A stretch of 52,778 nt of DNA, the filler included, from Sphacelaria rigidula (lineage: Eukaryota): NCBI GenBank assembly GCA_964200075.2. It is 4 parts of 4 records of this genome, joined end to end, with 100 filler letters (N's around TTAATTAATTAA, not from the genome) between each part and the next. Parts side by side here need not be neighbours in the genome. Positions count along the whole stretch, not along the records: positions 26,442 to 39,560 come from CAXNAA020003138.1; positions 39,661 to 52,778 come from CAXNAA020003139.1; 2 more parts are not named here. One strand, 5' to 3'. A program made the position numbers and the translations under genes. Under the pieces are notes generated by a model, which was not told the DNA's origin, searched no databases, and was given only the letters and a program-made list of their open reading frames with translations. Below, in pieces: positions 39,380-51,294 of this stretch (positions within the stretch are counted from its first letter, which is position 1; the number at the start of each line of letters is the position of its first letter).

Positions 39380-39560
39380 TTGGGGGCGTACTCATTTATT
39401 GCTTGCCTTGGTCGTTTGACCATTGACCTCGCATCCCTTTCGAGACGGAGCTTTGGTTGGGGGTGTAGTCATGATCATGCATGTCATTGTCATAAGACGA
39501 TTGACCTCGCATCCCTACAAAGCCGGGACGGAGCACGCCGGGTTTTCGCCGGATCAGGCT
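39380..39560 (-). mobile_element. LINE-tail/SINE fragments in reverse orientation
   Basis: gggggcgtactcatttattgcttgccttggtcgtttgaccattgacctcgcatccctttcgagacggagc and gacggagcacgccgggttttcgccggatcaggc are reverse complements of the 36250-36380 motifs. Confidence 0.75.
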
Positions 39561-39660
39561 NNNNNNNNNNNNNNNNNNNNNNNNNNNNNNNNNNNNNNNN
39601 NNNNTTAATTAATTAANNNNNNNNNNNNNNNNNNNNNNNNNNNNNNNNNNNNNNNNNNNN
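39561..39660. other. Artificial 100-nt contig spacer
   Basis: N run with a TTAATTAATTAA linker. Confidence 0.99.
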
Positions 39661-40625
39661 GTCAACTTTTTTCTCCCTTTTGGGCAATCACGCCGAAGAA
39701 ATCGTGGATCTGGTGATTCGTAGTCCGGATGATTCGTTCTAACCGTGTATACTTTGTAGCATGTATGTTACGTGATATTACATTGACACGTGTATGCATC
39801 GGCATATACGAACTGTACACGGAAATAGTTCATCGAAGTATCGGTATAACAAGAAACAGAAGTGAACATTTTCATGTTCAGTCACCACGCGTGCCAAATA
39901 CGGAGTATAACGTAGTTACCGTAATCTGCGAGACCAATATGGTTGAGATTAACGTTGTCAAACGGCATTTTAGCGAAGGATATAAAGGACGTGTTGTGCA
40001 TGTGCGCATGCAACATCCGACAAAGCTTTGTTTGATATTTTCGAATCATCATCAAGCACGCGCACGTGTGTGCTTGTGCATGTGTGCATAAAAACGCACG
40101 GCAGAACAGTGCAGAGCATCAGACAATGGAAAACAGAAAAATTAGATGATGAAAATATGGCAGAAGCGTTTGTTCACGTCGGCATACCTGCCCGTCTTGA
40201 GATCCGGCACAATATGCACCTGCCAGATTCGGCCCGGATATCTATGCTGGACACTGGTGCTTCGCTTACGTCGGGCCGCTGCGTACATCATTGTGATAAA
40301 CACAAGACACCCCTGTCCGTCCAGGGTCCGAATGGGAAAGCATTAGAGCCGGTCTGGAGTTCAGAACGTTGGCAAATATATGCCAGTTGATGTTTTTTTT
40401 CAAGGGTTGCGTTCCGTAGGGGGGATACCAGCTGAAACTCGGGTATTTACAAGAGTACAAAAGAGGTGTCTCGTCGAGGAAAGTCCTTCCAGTCCATATT
40501 GGAGTGTTCGGGACATGGCTCGATGCATTGCAGAACCATGCCGGAATGTGCGGCATACAGCCCGGTATGGTTCAGAGTGCCAACCGAAATTCACACTCCT
40601 CCGCGTAAACAATACCAACATACCA

Positions 40626-40826
40626 AGAGCAGGTTGAGAAGAGAGTACTCAATTGCGGGGTATTTTGAAAGACGTACTTGAGGTACTCAAATTAGGGTGG
40701 AGTGTTAGGAGTCGTACCCAAAAAATAACGGGAAAGCGATCCCTAGAACCCTACCCCGCATTTGTGTACTTCAAGTACGAGTTTCAAAATACCCCTCAAT
40801 TGAGTATACTCTACTCGACCTGCCCT
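40626..40826. mobile_element. MITE, second copy of the 38331-38530 family, in opposite orientation
   Basis: Same TIR (gagtactcaattgcggggtattttgaaa ... tgagtatactctactcgacctgccct); the interior is the reverse complement of the first copy. Confidence 0.8.
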
Positions 40827-41384
40827 CGCAAAATACCCTACAGAGCACAATCTCGACTCCTTTCTCCAACGTTGTGAGGATACCCGTTGATCCAAAATGT
40901 GGCATGCTTGTTTCATTTGGCACACTGTTCAACCCCGGGTCTTCCTGAGGACGAGTCCGTGGTCTCAGGGGATGAACTTGCCTGACCCCTGGTACACACA
41001 CGCCTTCCTTTACATTTTGGTATCGCGGGTCGGATCAGTACTCCCTCACCGCGTGTACTCTCGCTGTATGCGGTCTTCCGCCACTCACGTCCTTGACGGA
41101 GGAAAACCCAAATGCATCTGGGGAAATCGAAAATCGAAAACCCCAATATTCCTTTTCATCGTCTTGTATTTTATTTTGTTTGCTCTGTACTTTCCTCTTC
41201 TTTTCCTTTTTCTTTGTTTTAGGTTGGCCATTTCTTTCTGTGCTTTGCTTGTGTTGACCTTTTTTTATTACTTTTGTTTTTTTCACGACTTAGTCTGCTA
41301 TGTCGTTATGTTCTACCTTTTCTTTTTTTTTTCCTTTCTGTTCCTTTTTTTCTTCAGAGCGTGTTTCAGTGTTGTTTTTCTTGG

Positions 41385-41462
41385 GTACGTCTATCATAAG
41401 ACCACGGCTGGACCCCTGGGGGGTCAGTTAAAGTGCGACAATCGATCAATCGATCAATCCGG
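41385..41462. repeat. Short dispersed repeat ending in a (CAAT/CGAT)-like tail; second copy at ~42510-42600
   Basis: tacgtctatcat...gaccacgg.tgga...gggggtcagt.aa.gtgcgacaat is present in both, and each copy is preceded by a long T-rich tract. Confidence 0.65.
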
Positions 41463-41756
41463 CCGAATGGTTCGAGTTGTAACATAAGACAAGCGAGGCA
41501 CGGTCTCCCAGTAGAAACATGTGTAACGGGCACAATTTGGACTCTGTTCTGTCGTTCGTGCGGCCTCTGCTCTGCCGCACGTGTGCGTACTTCGCTCTCG
41601 AAACGTAATCCCTGGCCACCAAAAACGCATTGTACACAGCACGGCGAGGATACAGGCCATCAATGACTCAGTCCTTTTCGTCATATGCGGTAACGGAGGG
41701 AGAGGGTGCCGACTTTTTTTTTGCCTCTCCTTGTTTGATTTGCCCGTGTTTTTCAG

Positions 41757-42042
41757 AAACCCGTCGTCGGCAGGACTCTGCTGGACCCGCATAAGGACAA
41801 CAAGTGGAAAAGAGGGAGGACTCGTCAGGCGCTGCACTTCGGCGCACACGTTCGCGGGGGAAAGGCCATTGGCGTGGAGGTCGGTTGGTCTGTGGTTGAA
41901 CGTTTGCTGGGCTTGCGGCCGGGTGGTGTTCCTCGTTGTTCTCCTGTACATGCTCTACTACGTCCTTTGGTTCCATCGCGTTTTTCTTCCTGCCACCTTT
42001 CCTCCCTTTTCCCCTCCCACCTCTCCTCCCTCCTTCCCCTCT

Positions 42043-42083
<41 letters not shown>

Positions 42084-45000
42084 TCTCTCTCTCCTAGCCC
42101 AGTGTTATTCAATGGCCGTGTTTGTGCCTTGCTTTCATTGGGCTCGTGGGCGACAGCTCCTGCCCAAGCAGTGTGTTTCCGAAATAGCTGGTTCACATTC
42201 TGCTTCCACGGCCCTGTGCTTTGTTTTGTCTATGGGTGTACCTGCACTCGGCCTTTTTTCACCGGAAGTCATGCTTCAGGGGCCGACCATTTTTTAAACT
42301 TTTATTTCACCGTTTTTTCATCAGGACCGTTTTTTTTCCGCTCATTCTCCCGTTCTTCTCCTTTCATTTTTTCTTCTTTTCTGCTTTGTTTTTTGTTTGG
42401 TTAGGCTTTGTTCTACCTTATGTTATTTTATTTTTTTGTTTACCCTTGTCTGTCCCACTTTTTTCTGTCGTTTTCTCTTTTGGCGATTTTTTCCGAGTTT
42501 TTTCACCTTGGATACGTCTATCATGTTGATAATGACCACGGATGGATCATGACTCGTACGTAGGGGGTCAGTGAATGTGCGACAATTCGTCGAGCAATCA
42601 CAGAGTGGCACCGTGTTGAATGTCATCCCTGACTGATGCCTCGATAGCCGCCCCCCAGGAAAGTGCCTGGTTTGAGGGGGCATAACCTACATGTCAATCA
42701 ATATGAGCAAGACCGAGCATATTAATCAGCTGGGAATTCCCACACTTGGGATCGTTCTCACCGATGTCGACCATGTGAGACAGTCTGAAGCCAGCAATCG
42801 TGCGCTTTATGACCACTTTTTGCGTTACAGTTTTGGGGCTGGCTTTTTTTTTTGTTGGGGGGGGGGGGTATCGCGGCACCATCCTCCTTTGTCGGTTTTT
42901 GTCTCCATCTCCATCTCGTTGTCTGTCTCTGACTCTGCTTCTTGCTCTGTCTCCATGTTCCCCTCTTTCTCTCTGTACTCGTCTCTTACTCCATTTGTCT
43001 GCCCATCTCTGTCTGTGTCTATTATCGTTCGCTTTTTTTTCTTCCCCTGTCTCGCGCACACAGGTAGAAGACATCCCCCGATGCCTCACAGAAGTAATGC
43101 AAGTACTCGATGATTCAGAGCTACCCACGCGCAAGAGAGAACACCGGTCACGATCACCGTCATCGCAGTCACCAGCATCATCATCACCAACACAGTCACC
43201 ACAACCTCCGCCGACACCAGAGCAGCAGCAGCAGCAGCAGCAACGACATGAGGCACGCGTGAGAGCTGTAACCGTAGATTTTTTCCGACGTGGAAGCTAC
43301 ACGCCCGCCATCCCGGCAACTGCCCCCTTGGCACCCCCGACAACGAACGCCAAGTATCCGACCGCATTTGGCGGTGCTCTGCCCGACACGGAGAGCGAGG
43401 TGTACATGCTGTGGCTACAGGTGAGATGCCCGGCCATCAGCCGCTTATTTATTTATTTTGGAGCCCGGGAAAGTTAATCTTGAGTGCCTCTCCTTCAATC
43501 TTGGATGGTAATGAGAGAGGTTTTCATCTTTTTTGATGCGAGAACTTTTGCTACGTACATTTTCAATTCTTCGAGCGACGGGCCTCGTGTCGGGTACAAT
43601 ATTTCGGCTGACGGTCCGTCGGGATATCCGCGTATCATGTTATGATACATGGTCTGAAGGTTGAAACGTGCAATACACACAGTGTCGTACTGTTTTGCAC
43701 AGGATGTAAATGACGTTTTACACACAGTGAGTAGTACAGCAGCCCGCCTACAACAGATATACTGGTACCGCGGTGCATGAGGCGGTGCAGAGGAAATGAT
43801 GGGTGATTTTGACCCCACAGCCGCCGGATAGAGGCCATTACTTGCTTGTGTTTTCACTCGGGCGATGTGTTCTGCGATGAAGCCCCGACGGTGAACCACT
43901 GAGGGGTCGCCTTTGGAGAATACAGGAGAAGACACCGCTCATGTGTGCTCCGTCAAGGCTCGTGTTTACTTGAAGTTGCACTCTTGACTGTCCTCGAGCA
44001 CCCGCACAGAAGCCCGCGGCTACACTGCCATCAGCCAGGGAAAGATAGAAAAATGTGATTTTGGATGTACGGTACGATCCTGTGGTCGATTCGAGCTTCA
44101 CCACCGAGGTTGTGATAATGCCGTATTCGAATAGCAAAATAGCCTGTCCGACCGTTGGCACTAGGTGAGGACAACTTACAACAGGGTAGTCCTGAGTTGA
44201 TGTTATTCTGACTCTGTTCACTTCTTTCTCGTTTTTTTTTGTCGAAAGTAAGGTTGCTTCTGAGTCGAGGACGAATCAATCAAAAACCGGGGACAAAATG
44301 TTTCGGAGCTACAGACACAAAACACCCTTACTCTACGCTTCCGTCACGATGTTTTTGTTAGGGCTTGCGGCGGCAGATCTTCCTGACTTAGTTATCATTT
44401 CCCCCCCCCAATAGTGTCGCTCTTCTGTGTCTCATGAGCACTGGACACTTACTGTACCACATGAAAACACATCGAACCAAAACGATCTTTTGAGTCTGGA
44501 ATGCACGGATTTGGACGTGTTGAGTAACCTTTCGATGCCTTTGAAGAACGCGGGGTTCTCTCTGCCTCTCTCTCCTTCACTCGACTGTTTTTTTAACCCG
44601 AAAATACTGCGTACTCAAGGCATCCCCCCCTACAAGATAGTGGGGAAGGGTGGGGGGGGACTTAATTTTCGCCCTAAAGGTGACCTCTTCGGGTGCGTTT
44701 CCCTGTACAGATGGTAGCAGCTAAGAAAATACTTGGATGCTCAAAAACGACGAGTAATACAGTTTGGAGAGTAGAGTTGAGAATGTCTTTAATTCAAACA
44801 AACAGAGACATATGGAAATTGCGATGACAACATTGCGTAAAGAACATGCAGAGAAAGAGATCGCCAGCTACAGCTGATAGAGCTTCATGGAAGAAAATTA
44901 CGAAAGGGAATGCTGGAATAAGGTGGGATAAAGAAGTCGAGAAAATGTGGACGGAGATAGGCGGAAACCAAGACGAAATCCTGTCCATAGATGAAAACGC

Positions 45001-48000
45001 GGGGTACAAGGCAAAGTAAGAGATATGATGGAATAAGGGAAAAATAAGCACTCAGACGCAAAGAAGACGAGGAAGAACACCTGGAGATATACGGGTGGGT
45101 GAGAGAGGGGATAGGGATGAAAGCATATTTGCATAGCCCAATGGATGCTGCGAAAAATATGAAACTGCGATTTCGGGTGGGGGACATTCATCTGCCAGAA
45201 AGAAAAGAGATATACCAGTCGTCGTGTGGAGGAGGAAGTGGATGAACAGAACTGCCTCTGTGGCAAAGGAATAGAGAGCAGAGGTCCCATAGTGGCAGAA
45301 TGTGACCTATACAAGGAGGAATGGGACGTGCTAGAGAGGGAAATGCGGGACGTCAACGACGATATCATGAAATCGTTTAATGCATCAGACAGTAGGGAGA
45401 AAACGATGGCTATACTAGGAGATAGATGGTGACCACCGACGGCGAAACAGGACGGGAATAATATGTGTTACAGGTTTTTATGTAATGTATGGAAGAAATG
45501 TGATGAGCGCCGGAATGTTGAAGGTGTCTCTATTAGGAGTAGGAACGGTGCCCCGTCTCGAAAGGGATGCGTGGTCGATGGTCTAACGACTAAGGCAAAC
45601 AAAAAATGAGTACGCCCCTCGCCCCCGTTTCCCTTCCGTGAGGTGTGTAACTCCTGGCTGTCTCTGGAAGTGGCGATACGAGAAGCTGAAGTAACTTATT
45701 GTAGGCTGCCGAAACGGCAACATTATATCCTTGCTTTTCCCGACACAGGCGAAACGAAGCCGACATAACACACATCAGCAACTAATCGATGAAAGCACCG
45801 GAGCTCAGAATGAAGACATCAGTATTTTAGGCGGTGTGTTTGTTGATACATTTTTATTTCGGGCTTCCACATCGCTTACGAAGTACGAGTAGCAAGAGTG
45901 ATTCCGTGTTTGGGCTCGCAATCAATACAACAGCTTACTCACACGCCACGAATAGAGGTTTTGTTGCCAAGCCCGAACCCACCGTGTTTCCAGCTTCGCG
46001 TTTGTTTTTAAAATAGAAGGGTTGGGTTCATTTCGGGTTAGTAAACCAATACTAGGGAGAGCCCTAGACTTGATACAAAATATACTGCCGATGTTAAAAT
46101 GTCCCAGACAGTGCTTCGGTAAACACGCGCTGCTCCCTGGAAGATCCCTAAAACCCTTCGCCGTTTTGTATACGGTTCACCTTATGTGAGTCACGGCCTA
46201 TCATCACGTGCCCGAGTGACGGGAGATATTTTACGATAACGATATTGAAACAAATTCTCTGTACAAAAACACGGCCCCCGTGCACTGCTGACGAAGATAT
46301 TTAGGTGACTGAAACGTCTCTCGATATTTCCCGAACAAACCTCATGGTTGGAACCTTGGAGTACCACCGTTTTTTGAACAAGGACGATGTGAAACACTTG
46401 GTATCAGAAGGAGGGTGGTATGCTCCGTCCCTGTGCCGTAGCTGGCTCAAGTCGCTTTGTTCGGCTGATGCAACAGGCGGATGCTGAGATGGTGGTGGGA
46501 ACCGCACGAGAATTGGCCCAATGCGGAACCCAGGGCGTGTTCCCCCCAGGAGCACCTGATAGGACGGCCAAGAGCGAAGGGGAGGGGGAGTTCTATGGTA
46601 TGGACAGGGTTGTCGCCCCCAGAGGGTCGGCTATTCGGTGGGACGCCAGCAGAGCGAACGGTACGTGAGTAGGCAGTGCTTTTGAAAGAAACGCGTATGC
46701 TATGATATAGGGTAAAAATCCACCCCGTTGGTTGAAGCGATGTATGGTCTACTGTGACTTGGAAGCTTGATGCGAAAGTTTTGGTTGTTGATTTTTTGGG
46801 GGGAGGATTTTTGCGTTTTCAGAGGGGGCGGGGGGGGAGGGGTGGAGTCGGGTGTTTGATTATTGTTTGGTTTTGGTTTAGTGTTGAAGAGAGACGGGAT
46901 CATAGTTTGCTTGTTTTTTTACCGCACGGAGGGTGATAGGCAGTGAAGTGGCGAACTACGAATACTTCAAAAAATGACTTCGTAATACTGATTTGAAATT
47001 TGCGGTAGATATTTTCGATATTGACCATAAACCCGAGTTTTATATTGCGCCCCCTAATGTCAATCTAGCAAACTTGACTTCTGAAGAACCAAGCGTCTGA
47101 AACACTACCGGAGAAAGTAAGGTCTATAGATCGATATATGTCGACGAACTCTGGTTAATGACAGAACTGTCCAATAGTCATGAGCATCGCCGCTAACCCG
47201 AAAATCGAGTTTGAGTCATGTTACGATAGGGGGGGGCAAGGGGGGGGTTCGCCGTTTTATTCCGCGAAATTCTAGTTGCAATCGTCGTCGATGGCAGCAA
47301 CGGTAGTTCGACCGCGCTCGCTTCCGATTTACAACGTTTATTCATACTGTTTTACATCGCTTTTACCCAAATACAAGCGCACCGCGAGTGTGTTGGGTCA
47401 TCTGACGCACCCATAGGCCCATTTTTTCGTGGAATCGAACACCTCCCCCCCCCCCCGCGCGCGCGCTCTATCATAGCATGACTCAGTTTAAGAAATTTGG
47501 TAATAAGGAGTGTCCTTAACCTCGCTCTTTACGGTATGAGGGTTCCGGGCACGGATTCGATCGATGTCCTTAACCCGAAGTACCATCGGCCACGTTTTCT
47601 CTCAATTGTTATTTTCCAAATGTCAGGTTCAGGGTGTGCGAACCATGTGTCATCGTTCATACCTGTTACTTGATTTCGCCCCCTCCCGGTCTCTATTTCT
47701 TCTGGAAGCTTCTTGCCCTCTGCATTTCAGGGAAAGTATACCTCTCGGTCCCCGTACGAAATCACGGACCCTGAAGTGTCGGGTAACGTGTAAGTATCGT
47801 CGATTCTTGTCATATTATCGTCTAGGTGGTCCGTCCCGAAAGGGGTGCTTGGATAATTGTCAAACGACTGAGGCGGGCAACAAATGAGTACGCCCCCCCC
47901 TCCCAGTCCCTATTTCTTCTGGGAGTTTCTCGCACTTTGCACTTTAGGGAAGAGAAGTATACCTCTCGGTTCCTCTATGAAATCACGGATCCAGAAGTGT

Positions 48001-50908
48001 CGGGCAACGGGTAAGTATCGCCTATTCTGCACCAGGTTTCAATGAGAATCTAGCTGACTGAGGGCCCCGGTGACTCGAGTGGTTCATCTTCAGTTGGGTG
48101 GGGCTAAAGGTTGAGGGTTCAGATTTTAGAAAAAGTGCATCTTTTATCGAAACGCAATTAATTTTCCTCGGTGGGAAATGTGACTACGTGAGTGGCAAAT
48201 AGTTTGTACTTGGCGAATGTCGACGTGATGCGGCAGTGCTGTCCCAATTCGTGATTCTAAAATAGTATTTTGAGCAAGGTGCTGTACCGTGGGGAAAAGA
48301 TGTCTTGATTCCTTTGACATTATGGACTCGTCCCGAGGAAAAAGAAGGGAGGTGAAAGAAGGACGGAAGTACAAGGAGAAGGAAATAAACCGCTTTTGCA
48401 TAACGGCTGTTTACAACAAACGAAATACATGTGGGGTGCTTTCATCCTGCGGGAACCCATGTCCTCCAACACGGGTGAAGATGAACCACTCCGCGGCACC
48501 GGCGCACCAAAAAAAAAACAAGCTCATGCCTAAACGGAAGTTTCTCATGTGCACTCGAAAAAGCCTCGGTACGGGCAAACCTCGACTGAACTGTCGAGCT
48601 GCGGCTTTCCAGCCCCACGTACGTACGTAGTTCCACTCAGGAGCGGCGAACTTCGTTGCCTTTGATTCATGTGCCGATACAGCACTGCGCCGCGGAAGGA
48701 AATGCATCGAGTGTGGAGTGTTTCCGAGTTCCGCCGAGAAAGCTAATCCAGTTGCTGTGCATTCTTTTTATCCGGATGCAACTGTAACGACAACTGCAAC
48801 TGCAACTGCAACTGCAACTGCAACTGCAACTGCAACTGCAACTGCAACCATGTCTGCAACCATATTTGCAACCATATCTGCAACCATATCTGCAGCACTG
48901 CACATGACCCTTCTTGTTGCGAATTTTCTGTTTTGTGCGGTCTGTGTCATCCTTTTGACTTGCAAGCATCAAGCCTCCCGCCGCTTCCCGCCGCCGCTCT
49001 GCTCCCCCGCGTCCCATGCCCCAACACAAAACCGAAAATGGCAATACAGGGATGCAAGTTGCCGTGCCAACATGTGGCAGGGACTGCATCCTGGTGACGT
49101 TTCAGACGCTGACGCTTGAGGCCAGCACGAGAGTGCTGGCAAACAGCGAGAGACGGGCGGAGGAACGGCTGAAGTGGAACAACGCGCGGAAGGCTGAAAG
49201 GGAAGCAAAGGAGGCTAAGGGCAAGGTGAGCTGCTGCCGTCGTCGTTCCGTTGTTGTTGTTACCGTTGTTGTTGTTACCGTTGTTGTTGTTACCGTTGTT
49301 GTTGTTACCGTTGTTGTTATCGTTGTACAATTTCGGCATGTTTCGCGAATATGTCCATCACGTGTACAGATGTCGAAACCGAGGGCATGGATACTCTTTG
49401 GCGTAAACAGAATCAATCGAGCATCGGAATCGAAAGTACATGAGGCGACGTGATTGACGTCCCGCCCTGAACCGCAACAATGAACGTGCTCTTGATTTTC
49501 CGAGCCCTAGGGGAGATCCCAAGCCTCATCTGCAATCGAAATGATGAACAGTTTTACCCAGAAAGTGGCGTACCAAGGTTACACGGCGTCAGGAAGTCCG
49601 CACACTCGGAGGTTCCAATGTGTGCCCGACATGTCGGGGCATGAAGCATCGTGTATAGACACCCGCCAACTCATCCACGTGGCCTGACTCTGCTATAATA
49701 AGGTGTGCTTTGATGAAGTACGGTTGGTTCCATGTTGGGCGAGCGTCAACAAGATACGGAAAGATGTGTGTAGTGTTGAGGATTGACACCCTTTTGGTTG
49801 TTGCTGTGCGGTCCCGCAAAAAATAGTTGCATCGTCCCTTTTCTGTTCGACGACTCAAGGCCGAAACAAGCATATCGCATGTGGTTGAGCAAGAGCTGCG
49901 ACCGGGACGGCTATCAAGCACTGTTTGGGGTGCAGTGCGAGTCTCTTGGATTGCGTTGGAATCACTCGGGTGTAAATGTGGTTCGTAAGCTGTATGTTGT
50001 TTCGGGCCCCAACCTCATGCATGTGGGTTGCATTTGAGTTGCGGGTGACGTATTCGGAGGTCGCATCGAAGTCGACAATCGAGTTGTATCTGTATTTGCT
50101 TTTGTATTGGTATCGGTATATGTGTTTGTGTTTGTGTTTGTATTTGTATTTCTACTTCTGTCTTTTCCCCCACCATACGCCCTATCACAAGGCGACAACG
50201 GTGCATACAAGAACGTTGTGGTAAAATCCCGTTCAAGTAATATATGTGCTGCAGCTAGTGTTTCCTCGTTTTTGTAACCGGGTAGTTTGTTGTGTGTCAG
50301 CGTGGTATTCTGTTGTCTGTGTTCTCCCCTCCTTCGATTATTGTATTTTGCGATACCTCTCGCACGTTTGCAAAAAAAAAAGTTGTGTTTGTTTTTACTA
50401 GCGGGGATGTTTTCGTTTTTTGTTTGGGGTAGCACGCGCATTCAAGTTCAATAACGCATGAGTGTAACGGTGACGAAAATGCGGAGGGGGGGGGGCAAGG
50501 GAAAACCTGTCCCACACTTGCGATACGTAAATATCTGCAGTATCGAGGTTTCGATATTTCATGTCAATCACGCAGGAGATGATGGAGGTGCAATGTCGTC
50601 GTTGGGGGATTTCATGCCGGAACACGCGTAGCGTTCCTGGCAAGCCGAAGAGGGCAAGCAGAAAGCTTCGTCGTCTTGAGTTTTGTCGCGCCGTGCAGCT
50701 CGTCGCCGGATCGAATTCTCCTTGACAACCAAACCTTGTTCGTTGTCGGATGAATGTTCCATCAGGGTCCCATACCCGGCACCCCCGTGGCGCAGAGCGA
50801 TCTTGCGGCAGGCGAGCAGTGCAGCACTGGCACGGACGGTGGTGGGAAAACGCCTTCCATCGAAAAGGAGCACGTGCACGCGGTGTATGACACTATCGCG
50901 CCTCACTG
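41757..50908 (+). CDS. Partial gene: degenerate AlkB-family (ALKBH5/ALKBH9/10-like) 2OG-Fe(II) dioxygenase fold fused to the N-terminus of a Trm9/ALKBH8-type SAM-dependent tRNA methyltransferase domain
   Basis: Five GT-AG exons with junction phases 0/0/1/0/2: 41757-41879 (KPVVGRTLLDPHKDNKWKRGRTRQALHFGAHVRGGKAIGVE), 43064-43420 (VEDIPRCLTEVMQVL...VRAVTVDFFRRGSYTPAIPA...VYMLWLQ), 46477-46660 (ADAEMVVG...GEGEFYGMDRVVAPRGSAIRWDASRAN), 49050-49225 (GMQVAVPTCGRDCILVTFQTL...EAKGK), 50766-50908 (...KTPSIEKEHVHAVYDTIAPHW). The last motif matches the Trm9/ALKBH8 E.E.VH.VY..IA.HF signature. Confidence 0.8.
44720..45625 (+). mobile_element. 5'-truncated, decayed LINE retrotransposon (ORF2 C-terminus and 3' tail) in an intron
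   Basis: Frameshifted peptides: GIRWDKEVEKMWTEIGGNQDEILS, EHLEIYGWVREGIGMKAYLHSPMDAAKNMKLRFRVGD, CLCGKGIESRGPIVAECDLYKEE...AILGDRW*P, VSIRSRNGAPSRKGCVVDG. The 3' tail recurs at 36250, 39380 and 47828. Confidence 0.8.
47212..47485. mobile_element. MITE-like element with ~18-bp TIRs followed by G/C tracts
   Basis: tgagtcatgttacgatag-ggggg ... ccccc-gcgcgctctatcatagcatgactca; the TIRs have 2 mismatches. Confidence 0.65.
47678..48020 (+). repeat. Direct repeat pair (~120 bp) separated by a LINE-tail fragment (47828-47900)
   Basis: ccctccc.gtc.ctatttcttctgg...aagtatacctctcggt...gaaatcacgga.cc.gaagtgtcggg.aacg.gtaagtatcg at ~47680-47800 and ~47898-48020. Confidence 0.75.
48776..48895 (+). repeat. 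(GCAACT)n hexamer microsatellite grading into a 12-bp GCAACCATATCT unit
   Basis: Direct reading of the sequence. Confidence 0.9.
49248..49326 (+). repeat. (CCGTTGTTGTTGTTA)n 15-bp minisatellite just after a splice donor
   Basis: About 5 units downstream of the 49226 GT donor. Confidence 0.9.
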
Positions 50909-51258
50909 GTGAGTGATTTCTGGGATAGACCCCGCCCATAAGAGTGGCTGGTGTGACGAGGTAAAAGTTACATATGAATCAAAATCATGAGAGCCGAGCA
51001 CGCCGAGCAGCTGAGAACTCCAACGCTTGGGATCTATTTCGCCAGTATCGCCCGTAAGAGGCGCTTCATGCAGTGTGAAACCGGCGACCTTGCGGTGTAC
51101 AGCCATTTTCTTCATGGCAGTATTGAGGCAGTTTTTATTTTTTTATTTTTTGGAGGGGGAGTCATCGCGGCATCACCCTGGTGAGACATGGTGCATTTTG
51201 CCGCAATGCACTATTCGTGTTTTTTTTCGCTCGTCACGATCTATTTTTGTTGTCGTTG

Positions 51259-51294
<36 letters not shown>

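Noticed and set aside
40395-40565. Possible upstream exon of the AlkB-like gene (GLRSVGGIPAETRVFTRVQKRCLVEE)
   Set aside because: Only vague similarity to the AlkB N-terminal segment, and I found no clear phase-compatible donor.
40897-42529. Long Phe/Leu-rich 'membrane protein' ORFs
   Set aside because: They are translations of T-rich intronic low-complexity sequence and a poly-C tract.
46305-46487. Alternative exon VTETSLDISR...
   Set aside because: It runs into a stop and has no family similarity. The 46477 acceptor gives a coherent AlkB alignment.
48667-49416. ORFs with poly-(CS), (TA), (VA), N or T tracts
   Set aside because: They are microsatellite translations. Only 49050-49225 fits an exon.
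27466-50908. NPC1 exons and AlkB/Trm9 exons forming one fusion gene on the same strand
   Set aside because: They are separated by an artificial spacer (39561-39660) between length-sorted contigs.
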